Shown one piece after another: positions 17,610-27,483 of a DNA stretch of 64,000 bases. The stretch's first letter is position 1. Each line of letters begins with the position of its first letter. A program made the translations under genes and the position numbers. The stretch spans positions 68,427 through 132,426 of the forward strand of contig JAKAUN010000004.1 of assembly GCA_021817605.1 (NCBI GenBank), given 5' to 3'. Below the pieces are notes generated by a model. That model was given only the letters and a program-made list of their open reading frames with translations. It did not search any database and had not been told where the DNA came from. This stretch comes from Thermoplasmata archaeon (GTDB lineage Archaea; Thermoplasmatota; Thermoplasmata; Lutacidiplasmatales; UBA184).

Positions 17610-17857
17610 GGGGCCTGCGGCCGATGGGCGGAGAACGTTCCCGGAGGATAGAGCTCGTCGAGCAGCTCGAGCGTCCTCGGGGCGCTGTAGCCCGCCCGCG
17701 CCACGACCCGGTCGGTGGTGCGCGCCCGGCGGAGTCCGACAAAGCGCCTCGTGAGGAGGAAGAGCAACGAGTAGCGCTTCATCGTGAGGGCGACCACCGC
17801 TCCCCGCGGCTCGAGGAGGATCTTGAGCGTGCGTCGCTCGGAGATCCAGCGCGGCAT
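17606..17857 (-). CDS. hypothetical 83-aa protein translationally coupled (ATGA) to the downstream nucleotidyltransferase gene
   Basis: Its stop overlaps the NTase start (ATGA at 17606-17609). Basic, possibly helix-turn-helix-like. No recognisable family. Confidence 0.3.
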   Translation of the reverse strand: MPRWISERRTLKILLEPRGAVVALTMKRYSLLFLLTRRFVGLRRARTTDRVVARAGYSAPRTLELLDELYPPGTFSAHRPQAP

Positions 17858-17882
17858 CCCGCGGGAGAGCGGCTGACTCCGC

Positions 17883-19073
17883 TTATACCCGGGGTCTCCC
17901 GACCCCCCGGTCCGCCGGAGCTGCTGTGCTCCCGGGGGAGGGAAGACGCTCGTAGACGAGGAGCGACCATTCCCCGAACGGGGAGAGCGACGGTCGCTCG
18001 CTCAGCCATAGGTCGATCGAGCGCAGGGCCCGGCGGCCTCGCTCGCCTAGGCCGCCGAGACGTCGGTCGAGGTCGACCGGGGGTAGCAGGACGGAGACCG
18101 GGAGGGAGGCGATCCGCCGGAAGCCGTCGCCCAGATACCTGTCCCAGTCGTCGGGGCGACGAGGGTAGGAATCTATCGGAAAGCCCTCGCCCATCACCTC
18201 GCGCGAGGTCTCGAGCCGACGGAGCGCCGCGCGGGGATGGCCGAGGGCGGCCTCCCAGAGGACCGGGAAAAGACCCGGTCGGTTGAGGGTAGTGAAGGCG
18301 AGACGGGCTCGGGGTCGAAGCAGCCGGAAGAGCTCGCTGCCGACGGCGACGGCCTCCGGCTCGAGGTTGAACGCTCCGAAGGTCGAGCAAGCGCCCCCGA
18401 AGCCACCCTCGGGAGGTTGCTCGATCGCCTCCCCCAGACGCGCGAGCCTCCCCGAGCGCGTGGTGAGCCGGGCGGCCACCCCGGCCTCCTCGGCCCGCTC
18501 ACGGAGCACGCCGAGCATCGGCTCGGAGACGTCGACCGCCGTGACGTGGTGCCCGGCCGCGAGCAGCGGCAGGGTCTCGAACCCGGAGCCCGGGCCGATC
18601 TCGAGCAGAGGGTCGACGGTGGCGAAGAGGTCGAGGAGCCGCCGCAGCACCCGCTCCTTGGCGTAGAGCTCGGTCGGCCGGGAAAGCAGTCGGGCGTGGT
18701 ACCGCCGAGCGACGAGGTCGAACTCGCCCCTCGTGCGCGCGACGACGCTGCGGGAGCTCACCTCGAGCGTCGGCAGGAGCGCGACGAGCGTGAGGGGACC
18801 GGTGAAGTGGCGCTCCCAGCTCGCGGTGCCGTACTTCGTGCGGAAGGTCGATCGCAAGCGGTCGACCACCTCGGAGGCCTCCACGACCTCGGCCTCGCAT
18901 CGGACCTGACCGATCCCGGGCAGCTCGGCTTCGACCCAACCGCGTCGCCTCACCTGCGAGAGCCAGCCGGCGTGAGGGTCGGTGGCGAAGACGAACCAGC
19001 GCTCGCCCTCTCGGGCCCAGAGGAGCGGGCGGGAGATCCCGTCCCCCATCCGGACCTTAACTGCGGCCTCCAT
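17883..19073 (-). CDS. fusion protein: N-terminal deazaflavin-dependent nitroreductase-like (Ddn/DUF385-like split-barrel) domain + class I SAM-dependent methyltransferase
   Basis: The N-terminal ~110 aa ([31 protein letters not shown]...[10 protein letters not shown]) resemble Ddn-like split-barrel proteins. The C-terminal part carries MTase motif [33 protein letters not shown]. Confidence 0.65.
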   Translation of the reverse strand: MEAAVKVRMGDGISRPLLWAREGERWFVFATDPHAGWLSQVRRRGWVEAELPGIGQVRCEAEVVEASEVVDRLRSTFRTKYGTASWERHFTGPLTLVALLPTLEVSSRSVVARTRGEFDLVARRYHARLLSRPTELYAKERVLRRLLDLFATVDPLLEIGPGSGFETLPLLAAGHHVTAVDVSEPMLGVLRERAEEAGVAARLTTRSGRLARLGEAIEQPPEGGFGGACSTFGAFNLEPEAVAVGSELFRLLRPRARLAFTTLNRPGLFPVLWEAALGHPRAALRRLETSREVMGEGFPIDSYPRRPDDWDRYLGDGFRRIASLPVSVLLPPVDLDRRLGGLGERGRRALRSIDLWLSERPSLSPFGEWSLLVYERLPSPGSTAAPADRGVGRPRV

Positions 19074-19146
19074 CGCTCAGCCAAAGGGCGGCGCCCGGGC
19101 CATCCTCCCGGGGGTGAAAGCGCTGCCACGCCACTGCGCCGCGCCC

Positions 19147-19153
19147 GATATGA
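19147..19153 (+). promoter_or_regulatory. TATA-like box (GATATGA) ~28 nt upstream of ATG 19180
   Basis: AT-rich element positioned for a leaderless transcript of the phosphoesterase gene. Confidence 0.3.
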
Positions 19154-19179
19154 GAGGCTGGGCCCCTCCGGAGCCGATG

Positions 19180-20652
19180 GGATTCCTTCCGTCCCGAGGC
19201 CCCTCGACGGACCCCGGGACCCGGGAGCGACGGGCGAGGCGGCGCTGGATAGGGCGGTCGCCGCTCCTCCTCGCGGGCGTGCTGGCGGTGGCGACGGGCC
19301 TCGTGCTCGCCGGCCTCTACGTCGTCGCGCCGAACTACCTGAGGCCCGAGACCCAGAGGACGCCTCCGGGGCCGTTCCAGCACGTGGTCGAGATCATGAT
19401 GGAGAACCACGCGTTCGACAACTTCTTCGGGAGCTTCCCCGGGGCGGACGGTCCGCCTGCGGGAACTGCGCTTCCCGACGGACAGGGCGGGACGGTCGCC
19501 CCCTACTGGATCAACGGCACCTCGACGCCGGATCTCCCGCACTTCCGCGCCGCCGAGATCGCGGACGTGAACGGCGGCGCGATGAACGGCTTCGTCGAGC
19601 AGATGGCCAAGGTCGACCCGTCCGCAGCCGCGACGCCGATGGGCTACTACAACGAAAGCCAGCTCGCCGGCCTTTGGGGCCTCGCCAAGGAATTCGTTCT
19701 CTGCGACCACTACTTCGCCTCCGTCCTCGGTCCCACGATCCCCAACCGGCTCTACGCGATGGGAGGGGGCTCGGCGGGGATCCTCACCGACACGCTCCCG
19801 CCGGGGACCTACCTTCCGACGATCTTCGACCAGATGACACAGTACGGCTTCTCGTGGTCGTACTACTACGCGCCCGGGCTGTTTCCCCCGCTCCCCTCGC
19901 TGCTGGTGCCTCTCGCCTGGAGCTCCGCCAAGCTTGCGGACCTCCACCCGCTCTCGGAGCTTCCCTCCGTCATCGACGCCGGGACCCTCCCTGCCCTCAC
20001 CTTCGTGGACCCGGAGTCCTCGCCCCTCAGCCAGCACCCGCCGCTCAGCATCCTCCCGGGGGAGGCGTGGGTGGTCGGCCTCGTCAGGTCGCTCGAGGCG
20101 AGCCCTTTGTGGAACTCGACCGTCATCTTCCTCACCTGGGACGAGGGAGGCGGCTACTACGACCACGTCCTCCCGCCGACCGTCGACGCCCTCGGCGACG
20201 GCTTTCGGGTGCCGATGATCGTCATCTCCCCGTTCAGCCGCGCGGGCGCCATCGCCACGGGCGTCTACGACCACACCTCGGTCCTCCACTTCGTGGAGAA
20301 CGCCTGGGGTCTCCCGTACCTCGACAGCCGCGTCGCCGAGGCAGGGAACCTGTGCGCCACCTTGCTGCTCCTTCCCGCGTCGGAACGCTGCCAGGGACCG
20401 GCCCACCCTACCGTCCCGCCGAGCTCCAGCGTGGCGACCGCTCTCGTCGCCGCCGCCGTTGCTGCCGACGACACCGAGCGGCTCCCTGTTGCCGTCGTGG
20501 CGGCCGCCGCCGTAGGTGGGACCCCGCCGCGGAGGCGGCTCGGAGCGGAGCGGGCACCCTCCCCACGGAGCAGGGACATTGTTGCAGCGGCAACGCGCGC
20601 TCCGTCCCGGCACGGTCGGTGCGCGACCCGTCGTTCAAGCCTCGGCCGGTAG
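19180..20652 (+). CDS. phosphoesterase family protein (phospholipase C / acid phosphatase family) with N-terminal signal-anchor
   Basis: The N-terminus [10 protein letters not shown]...[33 protein letters not shown] is a signal anchor. It is followed by [20 protein letters not shown]...[12 protein letters not shown]...[13 protein letters not shown], the Pfam phosphoesterase signature. The ORF track begins at 18982, but the upstream part overlaps the divergent methyltransferase gene. Confidence 0.75.
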   Translation, partial: GFLPSRGPSTDPGTRERRARRRWIGRSPLLLAGVLAVATGLVLAGLYVVAPNYLRPETQRTPPGPFQHVVEIMMENHAFDNFFGSFPGADGPPAGTALPDGQGGTVAPYWINGTSTPDLPHFRAAEIADVNGGAMNGFVEQMAKVDPSAAATPMGYYNESQLAGLWGLAKEFVLCDHYFASVLGPTIPNRLYAMGGGSAGILTDTLPPGTYLPTIFDQMTQYGFSWSYYYAPGLFPPLPSLLVPLAWSSAKLADLHPLSELPSVIDAGTLPALTFVDPESSPLSQHPPLSILPGEAWVVGLVRSLEASPLWNSTVIFLTWDEGGGYYDHVLPPTVDALGDGFRVPMIVISPFSRAGAIATGVYDHTSVLHFVENAWGLPYLDSRVAEAGNLCATLLLLPASERCQGPAHPTVPPSSSVATALVAAAVAADDTERLPVAVVAAAAVGGTPPRRRLGAERAPSPRSRDIVAAATRAPSRHGRCATRRSSLGR

Positions 20653-20943
20653 GCACCTGGGTCCGAGCCGGACAGGGACGTCTCCTCATCGCCCCCGGCG
20701 CCTTCCTCTTCGGCTTCCTCACCGAATTTCGGCGGGACTCCCGTCGAGCAACCCGAGGATCGTCGCACGGCTCGTGATCGCCTTCGCGTTCAAGGCGACG
20801 CTCATGATCGCCTGCCTCCCTCTGCCCGCCCGGCCGTTCGGGGAGCGGGGGGGTCCCCTGCAGCGGTTCAGCGGAGGGCGCCTCGGCTCGCCGGGAAGGG
20901 TCGGGCCAGCGGAGTGGGTCCGTACGACGGGCTGGTCCCGCCG

Positions 20944-22143
20944 CTACGAGCCGGAAGCGCGGCGCGAGGCCCGTCGTCGCGCCGCGACAAGAAGGGGGAC
21001 GGGGAGGCTCGCCACGGCGACGAGGAAGAGCGGAAGCCCGAGCGACGTCCACGGCACGAAGGCCGTGGTCGCCGGCGGGGCTATAGGCTCGAGCGCCCAG
21101 GTGTCGTTGAAAAGGCCCGGCTCTCCGACCCCGGTCGTCACGAGAAACAGGCGGTCCGTGGGGTCGTAGCCGGCGCCGCCCGCGTATCTCGCGGGGGGCG
21201 CAGGGCCCGTGAGGAGCTTCGTCCAACACGACGTGTTGAGATCGAGCGCCCACGTGTCCGAAAGCACGACGTTGTCGCCGAACCCCCCGAAGAGCAGGAC
21301 GAGGTTCTCTCGGCTGTCGAACCCCTCGAAGGCGTAGTCACGGGCCGGCGGCGAGAAGAGGGGCGAGAGCTCGGACCAGCGGTAGCTCGTCGGGTCGAGC
21401 ACCCAGGTGTCCGCCAAGTGGTGGAACGTGAGCCCGGGCCCGGAGTAGTCATTGCCGCCGAAGAGGACGAGCTCGTGGGCGACGGAGTCGTAGACCATCC
21501 GGCCGTCCGCCCGGGGTCCCGGGGCGGGGCCCGTCACGTGCTGCTGGGTCCAGACACCGAGCCCGGGGTCGAGGGTCCAGAGGTCCCCGAGGTAGCTCGT
21601 CCCCGAGAAGCCACCATAGATGACGACCGTGTTCGTTGTGGGAACGTAGGCGGCCGCCGAGTCCGATCGCGCCGGCGGGCTGTTCACGGTCGGGAGGGGC
21701 GCCCAGGTGTCCGTTGCAAGCGAGAACGTCCAGCTGTCGTCGTAGCGGAAGGGGGTGCCGCTGGCGAAGAGGCCTCATCCTCCGAACAGCACGAACCGCC
21801 CCCAGGAAGCATCGTAGACGAAGGCCGCGTCGGCCCTCGCTGCTGGGGCGACGGAGGGATGGAGCTCGCTCCAGCTCGTGTTCGTGGGGTCGAAGACCCA
21901 CGTCTGGTCGAGCAGGAGGCCGTTCCAGCCGCCGAAGAGGACGAACCGGTTCGCCGCGCTGTCGTAGGCGAGCAGGGTCCCCGCCGCGGCGGGAGGAGCG
22001 ATTCTCCCAGTCTGGTTCACCCGGACCCATGACGGGTGGGGGGCCGGCGGGGGAGTGGCCGCCGCGGGGAGCGCGGGGACCACGACCAGCACCGCGACCG
22101 CAACCAGGACCGCGAGACGCCGCGGAGCGGACCGGTCCGGCAC
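20944..22143 (-). pseudogene. Kelch-repeat cell-surface protein (signal peptide with RR motif, C-terminal TM anchor) interrupted by a single in-frame TGA at 21775-21777
   Basis: ORFs 21775..22227 and 20944..21687 are in the same frame. The read-through translation is continuous Kelch repeats: ...WGRFVLFGG*GLFASGTPFRYDDSWTFSLATDTWAPLPTVNSPPARSD... Start chosen at GTG 22143 (MPDRSAPRRLAVLVAVAVLVVVPALPAAA). A TTCTATAG box lies ~28 nt upstream. Confidence 0.6.
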
Positions 22144-22166
22144 GGGTCCCCTACGGCCCCCTGATT

Positions 22167-23309
22167 CTATAGCGAGCCGGTGAGCTCCTCGAAGAGGGCG
22201 ACCCATCGCGGAGCGAGGCGCTCCCAAGAGAACGCCTCGACACGGAGCCGACCTCGACGGCCGAGGTCGCGAGCGAGCTCGGCCTCGTCCAGCACCCGCT
22301 CGAGGGCCCGGGCGAGGGCCAAGGGGTCTCCGGGCGGAACGAGAAGCGCGGTCCGGTCCTCCTCGACCACCTCAGGGACGCCCCCGACCCTCGAGGCGAC
22401 GACGGGGAGCCCTGCCGCCATCGCCTCGAGAAGGACGATGCCGAACGGCTCGAAGAGTGACGGGAGGACGAGGAGATCGGCGGCGGCGTACTCCTCTAGG
22501 AGCGCGGCCCGGGAGAGCGGACCGCGGAGGACGACGCGCTCGGCCACGCCGCGGGCGGCGGCGAGGCGGCGGACGAGGTCGGCGCCTCCCCAGTCCTCGC
22601 CGACCAGCCTCAGCTCGGCTCGCTTCTCGGGCGCTACGAGGGCGAAGGCTTCGAGGAGGGGACCGAGCCCCTTTTGCTCGGGGTAGAGGCGGCCCACGAA
22701 GAGGATCGTCGGCGGACGGGAGGCGGATCGGTCTCGCTCGAGCTGCCGGAACTCCGCGAGGTCGATGCCGTTCGGCACGACGACGATCCGTTCCGGGGCG
22801 ACCCCCCAGCGGGCGAGGAGCTCTGCCTCGAGGTGCGTGTCGGCGACGACACGGTCGGCGGGTCGGAGCGTCGCCCGCGCCATGAGCCGCGCGTAGACGA
22901 GACCCCCCGAGCTCCCTCGACCCTGGTCCGCATGGGTCTCGATGACCAGGGGCGTGCGGTGGAGCCGTCGAGCCGCCGCGGCGAACCACGTGGGTGGGTA
23001 GCCGAAGGCATGGGCATGGACCACCTCGGCGTTCGTCCGCAGCAGCTCCGTGGCCATCCCGGGGGCGACGAGGCCGGTGCCGTGGGGGAACGGAAGCCCC
23101 CGCAGGGCACGATGGCGCCGTACCGCGGATGAGAGCTCTCCGTCGGGGAGCGCGCCGAGACGCTCGAACGGCCGGTCCCTCCGGAGGTCGGTGGTCAGGA
23201 CCTCCACCCGGTGCCCCAGCGCGCTCAGCTGGCGGGTGAGGCCCGAGACCTGGGTTTCGACCCCCCCGAGAGCCGGCGGGTAGCGCTGGGTGACCTCGAG
23301 GATCCTCAC
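22167..23309 (-). CDS. glycosyltransferase family 4 (GT-B fold)
   Basis: Start at GTG 23309 (VRILEVTQRYPPALGGVETQV...). C-terminal EPFGIVLLEAMAAGLPVVAS... is the GT4 donor-binding motif. The GTGA at 23306-23309 overlaps the stop of the upstream membrane protein gene. Confidence 0.8.
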   Translation of the reverse strand: MRILEVTQRYPPALGGVETQVSGLTRQLSALGHRVEVLTTDLRRDRPFERLGALPDGELSSAVRRHRALRGLPFPHGTGLVAPGMATELLRTNAEVVHAHAFGYPPTWFAAAARRLHRTPLVIETHADQGRGSSGGLVYARLMARATLRPADRVVADTHLEAELLARWGVAPERIVVVPNGIDLAEFRQLERDRSASRPPTILFVGRLYPEQKGLGPLLEAFALVAPEKRAELRLVGEDWGGADLVRRLAAARGVAERVVLRGPLSRAALLEEYAAADLLVLPSLFEPFGIVLLEAMAAGLPVVASRVGGVPEVVEEDRTALLVPPGDPLALARALERVLDEAELARDLGRRGRLRVEAFSWERLAPRWVALFEELTGSL

Positions 23310-24700
23310 GGTCGCGGCTCCGTGGGGGAGCTCTCCGAAGGGGGTGCCCCCGGCCCTGGGAAAGGCGCAGCGCTCCGCCGGAGGAAAAGCCGGCTGATCC
23401 ACGGCACGGGAGACGCCTCGTCACGATAGACGACCCAGAGCAGCTGCGCGAGAAGGAGGGTGACCAGCACGCTGAGGACGTCGAGTCCCAGGGTTCGGGC
23501 CCCGCCGAGCCAGACCGAAGTGTCCTGGGTCGTGGCAAGCGTCCGGAGCCCGGGATCGACCGGCGCAGCGAACCAGATCCCGAGGTTGTTGTTGATGAGA
23601 AGGAAGACGAGGGAGACCCCCACGAGGTAGGAGAACAGGGCCCGCCGCCCGGGATGGAAGGCGACGACATCGATCGCCAGCGGGGCGAATAGGTAGAGCA
23701 TGTACTGCTCGTTGAGGCCCGACCGCACGAGGAGGACCGCGAGGAGAACGAAGAGGACCGCGCGTAGCTCGGTGGAGACCGCGGCCTCCTCGCGGAGCCA
23801 TCGGCTCGCCAGGTACCCGGTGACCAGCGCGGCGGGGACCCAGAGGAACACGCTCACCAGCCGCGAGTCGGGGAGGCGGTCGAGCAACCAGCCGACCGCC
23901 GGCGCCCCGTAGAGCTGCACGTAGTTCATGCCTCCCGGACCGCCGACGGAGACGGAACTCGCCGTGTCGCGGAAGGAGAGGAACGACCAGCCCAGGACCC
24001 AAAGGGAGCCCCCGATCGCTCCCAGCGCGAGGGCCATCCCGAGCAGGAACCTCAGCCGGTAGGCTCCCCGCTCCCGGAAGAGCTCGAGGGGAAAGAGCAC
24101 CCCGGTGAGCCACTTCACGACGACCCCGGCTCCCTCGAGGAGGACGCGGGCGTTCGCCCGTCGGGAGGCCAACGCCGCGAGGAGGACCGCGACCAGGAGC
24201 GCGTCGAACTGCCCCCAGAGGGCCGAGATGATGATCGTGTACGGGACGAGCGACCAGAAGGTGAGCACCTGGAGAGCCCGACGCGAGTCGCCGGTCGCGT
24301 TGCCGACGATGCGGTAGAGCAGCCAGGCGCTGAGGAGATCGCCCGCGATCGCCGGCTGCTTGATCAGGAAGTAGAGGACGAAGCGGTTCCCCCCGCCGAC
24401 CACTTCCCAGAGACGGTAGAGCCCCCCGAGGAGCAGCGGCCAGAAGGGAGGGTAGGCCGTCGAGGCGATCCTCGTCGAGAGATAGTCAAAGCTCACGCCA
24501 GGCACCGCTGGCCAGAACGCGGCGTATGGGTCGCCTCCGTGGGCGACGACGTAGCCGGTCCTCAGGAACGACTCGAGGTCGAACGGGTGGCCCGTCCAGA
24601 AGGAGAACGCCTCGCGGATCGCCAAGCCGAGGAAGAGGATCGTCCAGGCCCTACGGGTCAGCCGTAGCGGCAGCGAGGTACGGCCGGTCGGTGGGTCCAC
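23306..24700 (-). CDS. polytopic membrane protein, probable GT-C-fold/DUF2029-like glycosyltransferase
   Basis: More than ten hydrophobic helices. Operon-coupled to GT4. Start provisionally at GTG 24700 (VDPPTGRTSLPLRLTRRAWTILFLGL...). The ORF track extends to 24913 through the divergent promoter region. Confidence 0.5.
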   Translation of the reverse strand: MDPPTGRTSLPLRLTRRAWTILFLGLAIREAFSFWTGHPFDLESFLRTGYVVAHGGDPYAAFWPAVPGVSFDYLSTRIASTAYPPFWPLLLGGLYRLWEVVGGGNRFVLYFLIKQPAIAGDLLSAWLLYRIVGNATGDSRRALQVLTFWSLVPYTIIISALWGQFDALLVAVLLAALASRRANARVLLEGAGVVVKWLTGVLFPLELFRERGAYRLRFLLGMALALGAIGGSLWVLGWSFLSFRDTASSVSVGGPGGMNYVQLYGAPAVGWLLDRLPDSRLVSVFLWVPAALVTGYLASRWLREEAAVSTELRAVLFVLLAVLLVRSGLNEQYMLYLFAPLAIDVVAFHPGRRALFSYLVGVSLVFLLINNNLGIWFAAPVDPGLRTLATTQDTSVWLGGARTLGLDVLSVLVTLLLAQLLWVVYRDEASPVPWISRLFLRRSAAPFPGPGAPPSESSPTEPRP

Positions 24701-24783
24701 GCTCGGTTCACCCTTCGTTCGACCCGGGGCGACGCAGCAGCGCGGCGGTCTCCTGCCGCGGCCCCTTGCGGAGGCTCCGGCGG

Positions 24784-24790
24784 ATAAATA
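24784..24790 (+). promoter_or_regulatory. TATA box (ATAAATA) ~40 nt upstream of GT2 gene ATG 24829
   Basis: Conspicuous AT heptamer in the divergent intergenic region 24701-24828. Confidence 0.35.
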
Positions 24791-24828
24791 CCTCCCCCGC
24801 TCCTCGGCGAGGGGGGTGCTTTGGCGCG

Positions 24829-25791
24829 ATGGGAGCGAGGGTGTCGTCTCCCCCGCCCGGAAGCGGGCCGGCTCCTGCGCGCTTTGGCCAGCCCGCCGTC
24901 CCCCCTGGCCCACGCACCTCCGCGATCCTCTTTGCGTGGGAGAGTGTCGGGGAGCTGCGTCGGACGCTTCCCGCTCTCCTCGCCACCGCGGTGGACGAGG
25001 TCGTAGTCCTCTACGGCGGAACGGATGGCTCGCGGGAGTTCGTCGAGGGGCTTCGCGATCCGAAGCTCGTCTCCCGGTTCGAGGAGCGGCGTCTCGGCAA
25101 GGCCGAGGCGCTCAACCGCGGGGTCGACCGGGCGACCGGCTCGGTCGTCTTCCTCATCTCCGCCGACGTGCGCTTCGAGCCGTCGGTGCTCGAGAAGCTC
25201 GCGAGCGGCCTCGGCGGCGGTGCCGGGGTGGCGTTTCCCCGTGTCGTCCCCGCCAACGTGCGGGGCTGGGTGAGCCGGCTCGGCGCCCTCCTCTGGCAGT
25301 TGCGGGAGGTCGAGCTCGAGGACGCCACGAGCTCGGAGCTCCCGTTCCACGGAGGCGAGCTTCAGGCGGTGCGCCGGGAGCTGCTCGACAGGCTTCCTCC
25401 CGTCGTCAACGACGATGCCCTCGTCTGCCTGCGGGCCCACGAGCGCGGCTTCTCCCTCGTCTACGTGCCGGAGGCGGTCGTCGAGAACACCGTTCCCGAG
25501 ACCGTGGCCGAGCTCCTCGAGCAGCGCGTCCGCATCAACTTCGGGCACTTCCAGCTGCGGGAGCTCGGCTACGCCCCCGCGACCCTGGAGACGGTCGCGT
25601 GGCGTCACCCCGGCCTGTTCCTCCGGCTCCTCTGGAGAGGGATCCTCCGGCGCCCCCGCGGGCTTGGGCTCCTTCCGCTCTTGGTCCTGCTCGAGGCCTG
25701 GGCGATCCTTCGCGGGTTCGTCGACCACGAGACCCGGGCCGACCACCTCCACTGGAAGCTCGTCCGGAGCGGGAAGTTCGCCGCCTCCTAG
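24829..25791 (+). CDS. glycosyltransferase family 2
   Basis: Start at ATG 24829 (MGARVSS...). Contains VVLYGGTDGS and GKAEALNRGVDRATGSVVFLISADVRFEP, typical of GT2. Confidence 0.75.
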   Translation: MGARVSSPPPGSGPAPARFGQPAVPPGPRTSAILFAWESVGELRRTLPALLATAVDEVVVLYGGTDGSREFVEGLRDPKLVSRFEERRLGKAEALNRGVDRATGSVVFLISADVRFEPSVLEKLASGLGGGAGVAFPRVVPANVRGWVSRLGALLWQLREVELEDATSSELPFHGGELQAVRRELLDRLPPVVNDDALVCLRAHERGFSLVYVPEAVVENTVPETVAELLEQRVRINFGHFQLRELGYAPATLETVAWRHPGLFLRLLWRGILRRPRGLGLLPLLVLLEAWAILRGFVDHETRADHLHWKLVRSGKFAAS

Positions 25792-25882
25792 GAACCGGCG
25801 GGGAGCGTTGGGGTCAGGGGCCGTCGGCCCTCGGGCCGGATTCCGCCGCCTTTTTCCCCTGGGGACCCTCGCCTCCCGCGCC

Positions 25883-26665
25883 ATGAGCGGCATCCGAACC
25901 GAGCGCGACCGTGCCGTCGCGATCCTCACGATCGACCGGCCGGACCGAATGAACGCCCTCGACATCGACATGATTCGTGCCCTGCGCGTCGCCCTCCAGG
26001 GCGTGGCGGTCGACCCTGCGGTCCGGGCGGTGCTCCTCACGGGAGCGGGCCGCGCCTTCAGCGCCGGCGGCGATGTCGCCACGATGGACGAGTACCGGCG
26101 TCGCGGGGAGCTCGCGCCGCTCTTTCACGAGCTCACCGGGGAGCAGGAGCTCTGCATCCGGGAGATCGTGGGGATGCGCAAGCCGCTCCTCGCCGCGCTG
26201 CCCGGAGTTGCTGCCGGGGGCGGACTTTCCCTCGCTCTCGCGGCCGACTGGCGGATCGCGGCAGAGGAGGCGCTGCTGGTGCCCGCGTTCCCGGCCCTCG
26301 GCGCCGTGCCCGACGGCGGCCTCACCTACTTCCTTCCCCATTTCCTCGGGATCGGCCTCGCGCAGGAGGTCCTCTTCACCAACGCGCGGATCAGCGCCGC
26401 CAGGGCCAAGGAGCTCGGCCTCGTCCACGAGGTCGTGCCCGCCGCCGAGCTCGCCTCCCGCGCAACACAACGCGCCCGGGAGCTCGCCGAGGGGCCCACG
26501 TTCGCGTATGGCTGGACGAAGTCGCTTCTCCACAGCGCCCTCCACGAGAGCCTCGCGACCCAGATGATGCTCGAGAGACGCGGCGCGGTCGAGGCGGCGC
26601 TGGGGACCGAGCTACCCGAAGGGATCCAGGCGTTCCGGGAAAAGCGACGCCCTGCGTTCCGCTAG
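25883..26665 (+). CDS. enoyl-CoA hydratase/isomerase (crotonase) family protein
   Basis: Start at ATG 25883 (MSGIRTERDRAVAILTIDRPDRMNAL...). Contains LTGAGRAFSAGGD and the oxyanion-hole region. Confidence 0.85.
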   Translation: MSGIRTERDRAVAILTIDRPDRMNALDIDMIRALRVALQGVAVDPAVRAVLLTGAGRAFSAGGDVATMDEYRRRGELAPLFHELTGEQELCIREIVGMRKPLLAALPGVAAGGGLSLALAADWRIAAEEALLVPAFPALGAVPDGGLTYFLPHFLGIGLAQEVLFTNARISAARAKELGLVHEVVPAAELASRATQRARELAEGPTFAYGWTKSLLHSALHESLATQMMLERRGAVEAALGTELPEGIQAFREKRRPAFR

Positions 26666-27062
26666 CTCGGAGGCCCCCGGCGGCGCCTCGGCCGACTCCC
26701 CGTGGGATCGACCGGGCGTGCAGCCGTCCGGGGACGGGCCCTGATCTGGCAGAGCGCCATCGTGGCCCGCCGGTAAGCGGCGGAGGGACCCGACCGATCT
26801 CCTCCCTCATCGCGAGAGTCCGCCCCACCCCACGGAGCGGCTGGCGGCCGACCTGCGGGTCCCGGGAGGCCTCGAGCACGGCCGAGGCAGGTGGGGTTCG
26901 AACAGGGGGGATGCGCGTGCCGGCCCACCCCACGGAACGAGGCACGAAGGCCCCCGGGGCGGGGGCGGGCCGAGGGGGTGTCGGCCGGCGTATCACTGAC
27001 GGTGCGCCAAGGGCAAAAAAGGTGCGCGGGCAGGGCCGTGGGCCCGGCTCTCCGAGGTGCCG

Positions 27063-27070
27063 TTAAATAA
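27063..27070 (+). promoter_or_regulatory. TATA box (TTAAATAA) of the nuo operon, ~50 nt upstream of nuoA; GGAGG SD 8 nt before ATG
   Basis: Strongest AT-rich element in the 450-nt intergenic region 26666-27117. Confidence 0.4.
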
Positions 27071-27117
27071 CGACGCGAGGTCGTCCGGTTGTCCTTCGAC
27101 GAGCGGAGGCCCGAGCG

Positions 27118-27483
27118 ATGCAAGCAGGCGTCACGACGTTCATCGTTTTCGCGGTGGTGGTCGTGGCCTTCGGCGTAGGCTCCCTCGTCATGAATCGGCT
27201 TCTGGGAGCCAAGCGACGCCGCTCCTACCTCCAGGCGACGACCTACGAGTGCGGGGAGGAGGCGGAAGGGGAGGCGCAGATCGACTTCCCGACGCAGCAC
27301 TACACCTTCGCGATCGTCTTCGTCGCGGTCGATGTCATCGGCTTCGTCCTCGCCCTCTGGGCGCTCACCTTCCGCTCGGTGAACTCCGCCGAGTTCCCCG
27401 TCTTCGTCGCCGTCGCGTTCACGGCGCTGGCCGTGGCGGGGATCTACTACGCGCTCAGCGGCGAGAAGAGGTGGGTCGTATGA
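27118..27483 (+). CDS. nuoA: NADH-quinone oxidoreductase subunit A
   Basis: Three TM helices, including the ...YECGEE... motif. Confidence 0.9.
   Translation: MQAGVTTFIVFAVVVVAFGVGSLVMNRLLGAKRRRSYLQATTYECGEEAEGEAQIDFPTQHYTFAIVFVAVDVIGFVLALWALTFRSVNSAEFPVFVAVAFTALAVAGIYYALSGEKRWVV

Noticed and set aside
21775-21777. In-frame TGA in the Kelch gene as selenocysteine or programmed recoding
   Set aside because: No SECIS-like structure is evident and Sec has no plausible role in a Kelch blade. A pseudogene or a sequencing error is more parsimonious. Retained as a finding only as an interruption.
26870-26900. GGTGGGGTTCGAACAGGGGG tRNA-like T-loop motif in the nuo upstream region
   Set aside because: No complementary T-stem, acceptor stem or anticodon arm could be built on either strand. 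Kept only as part of the repeat observation.
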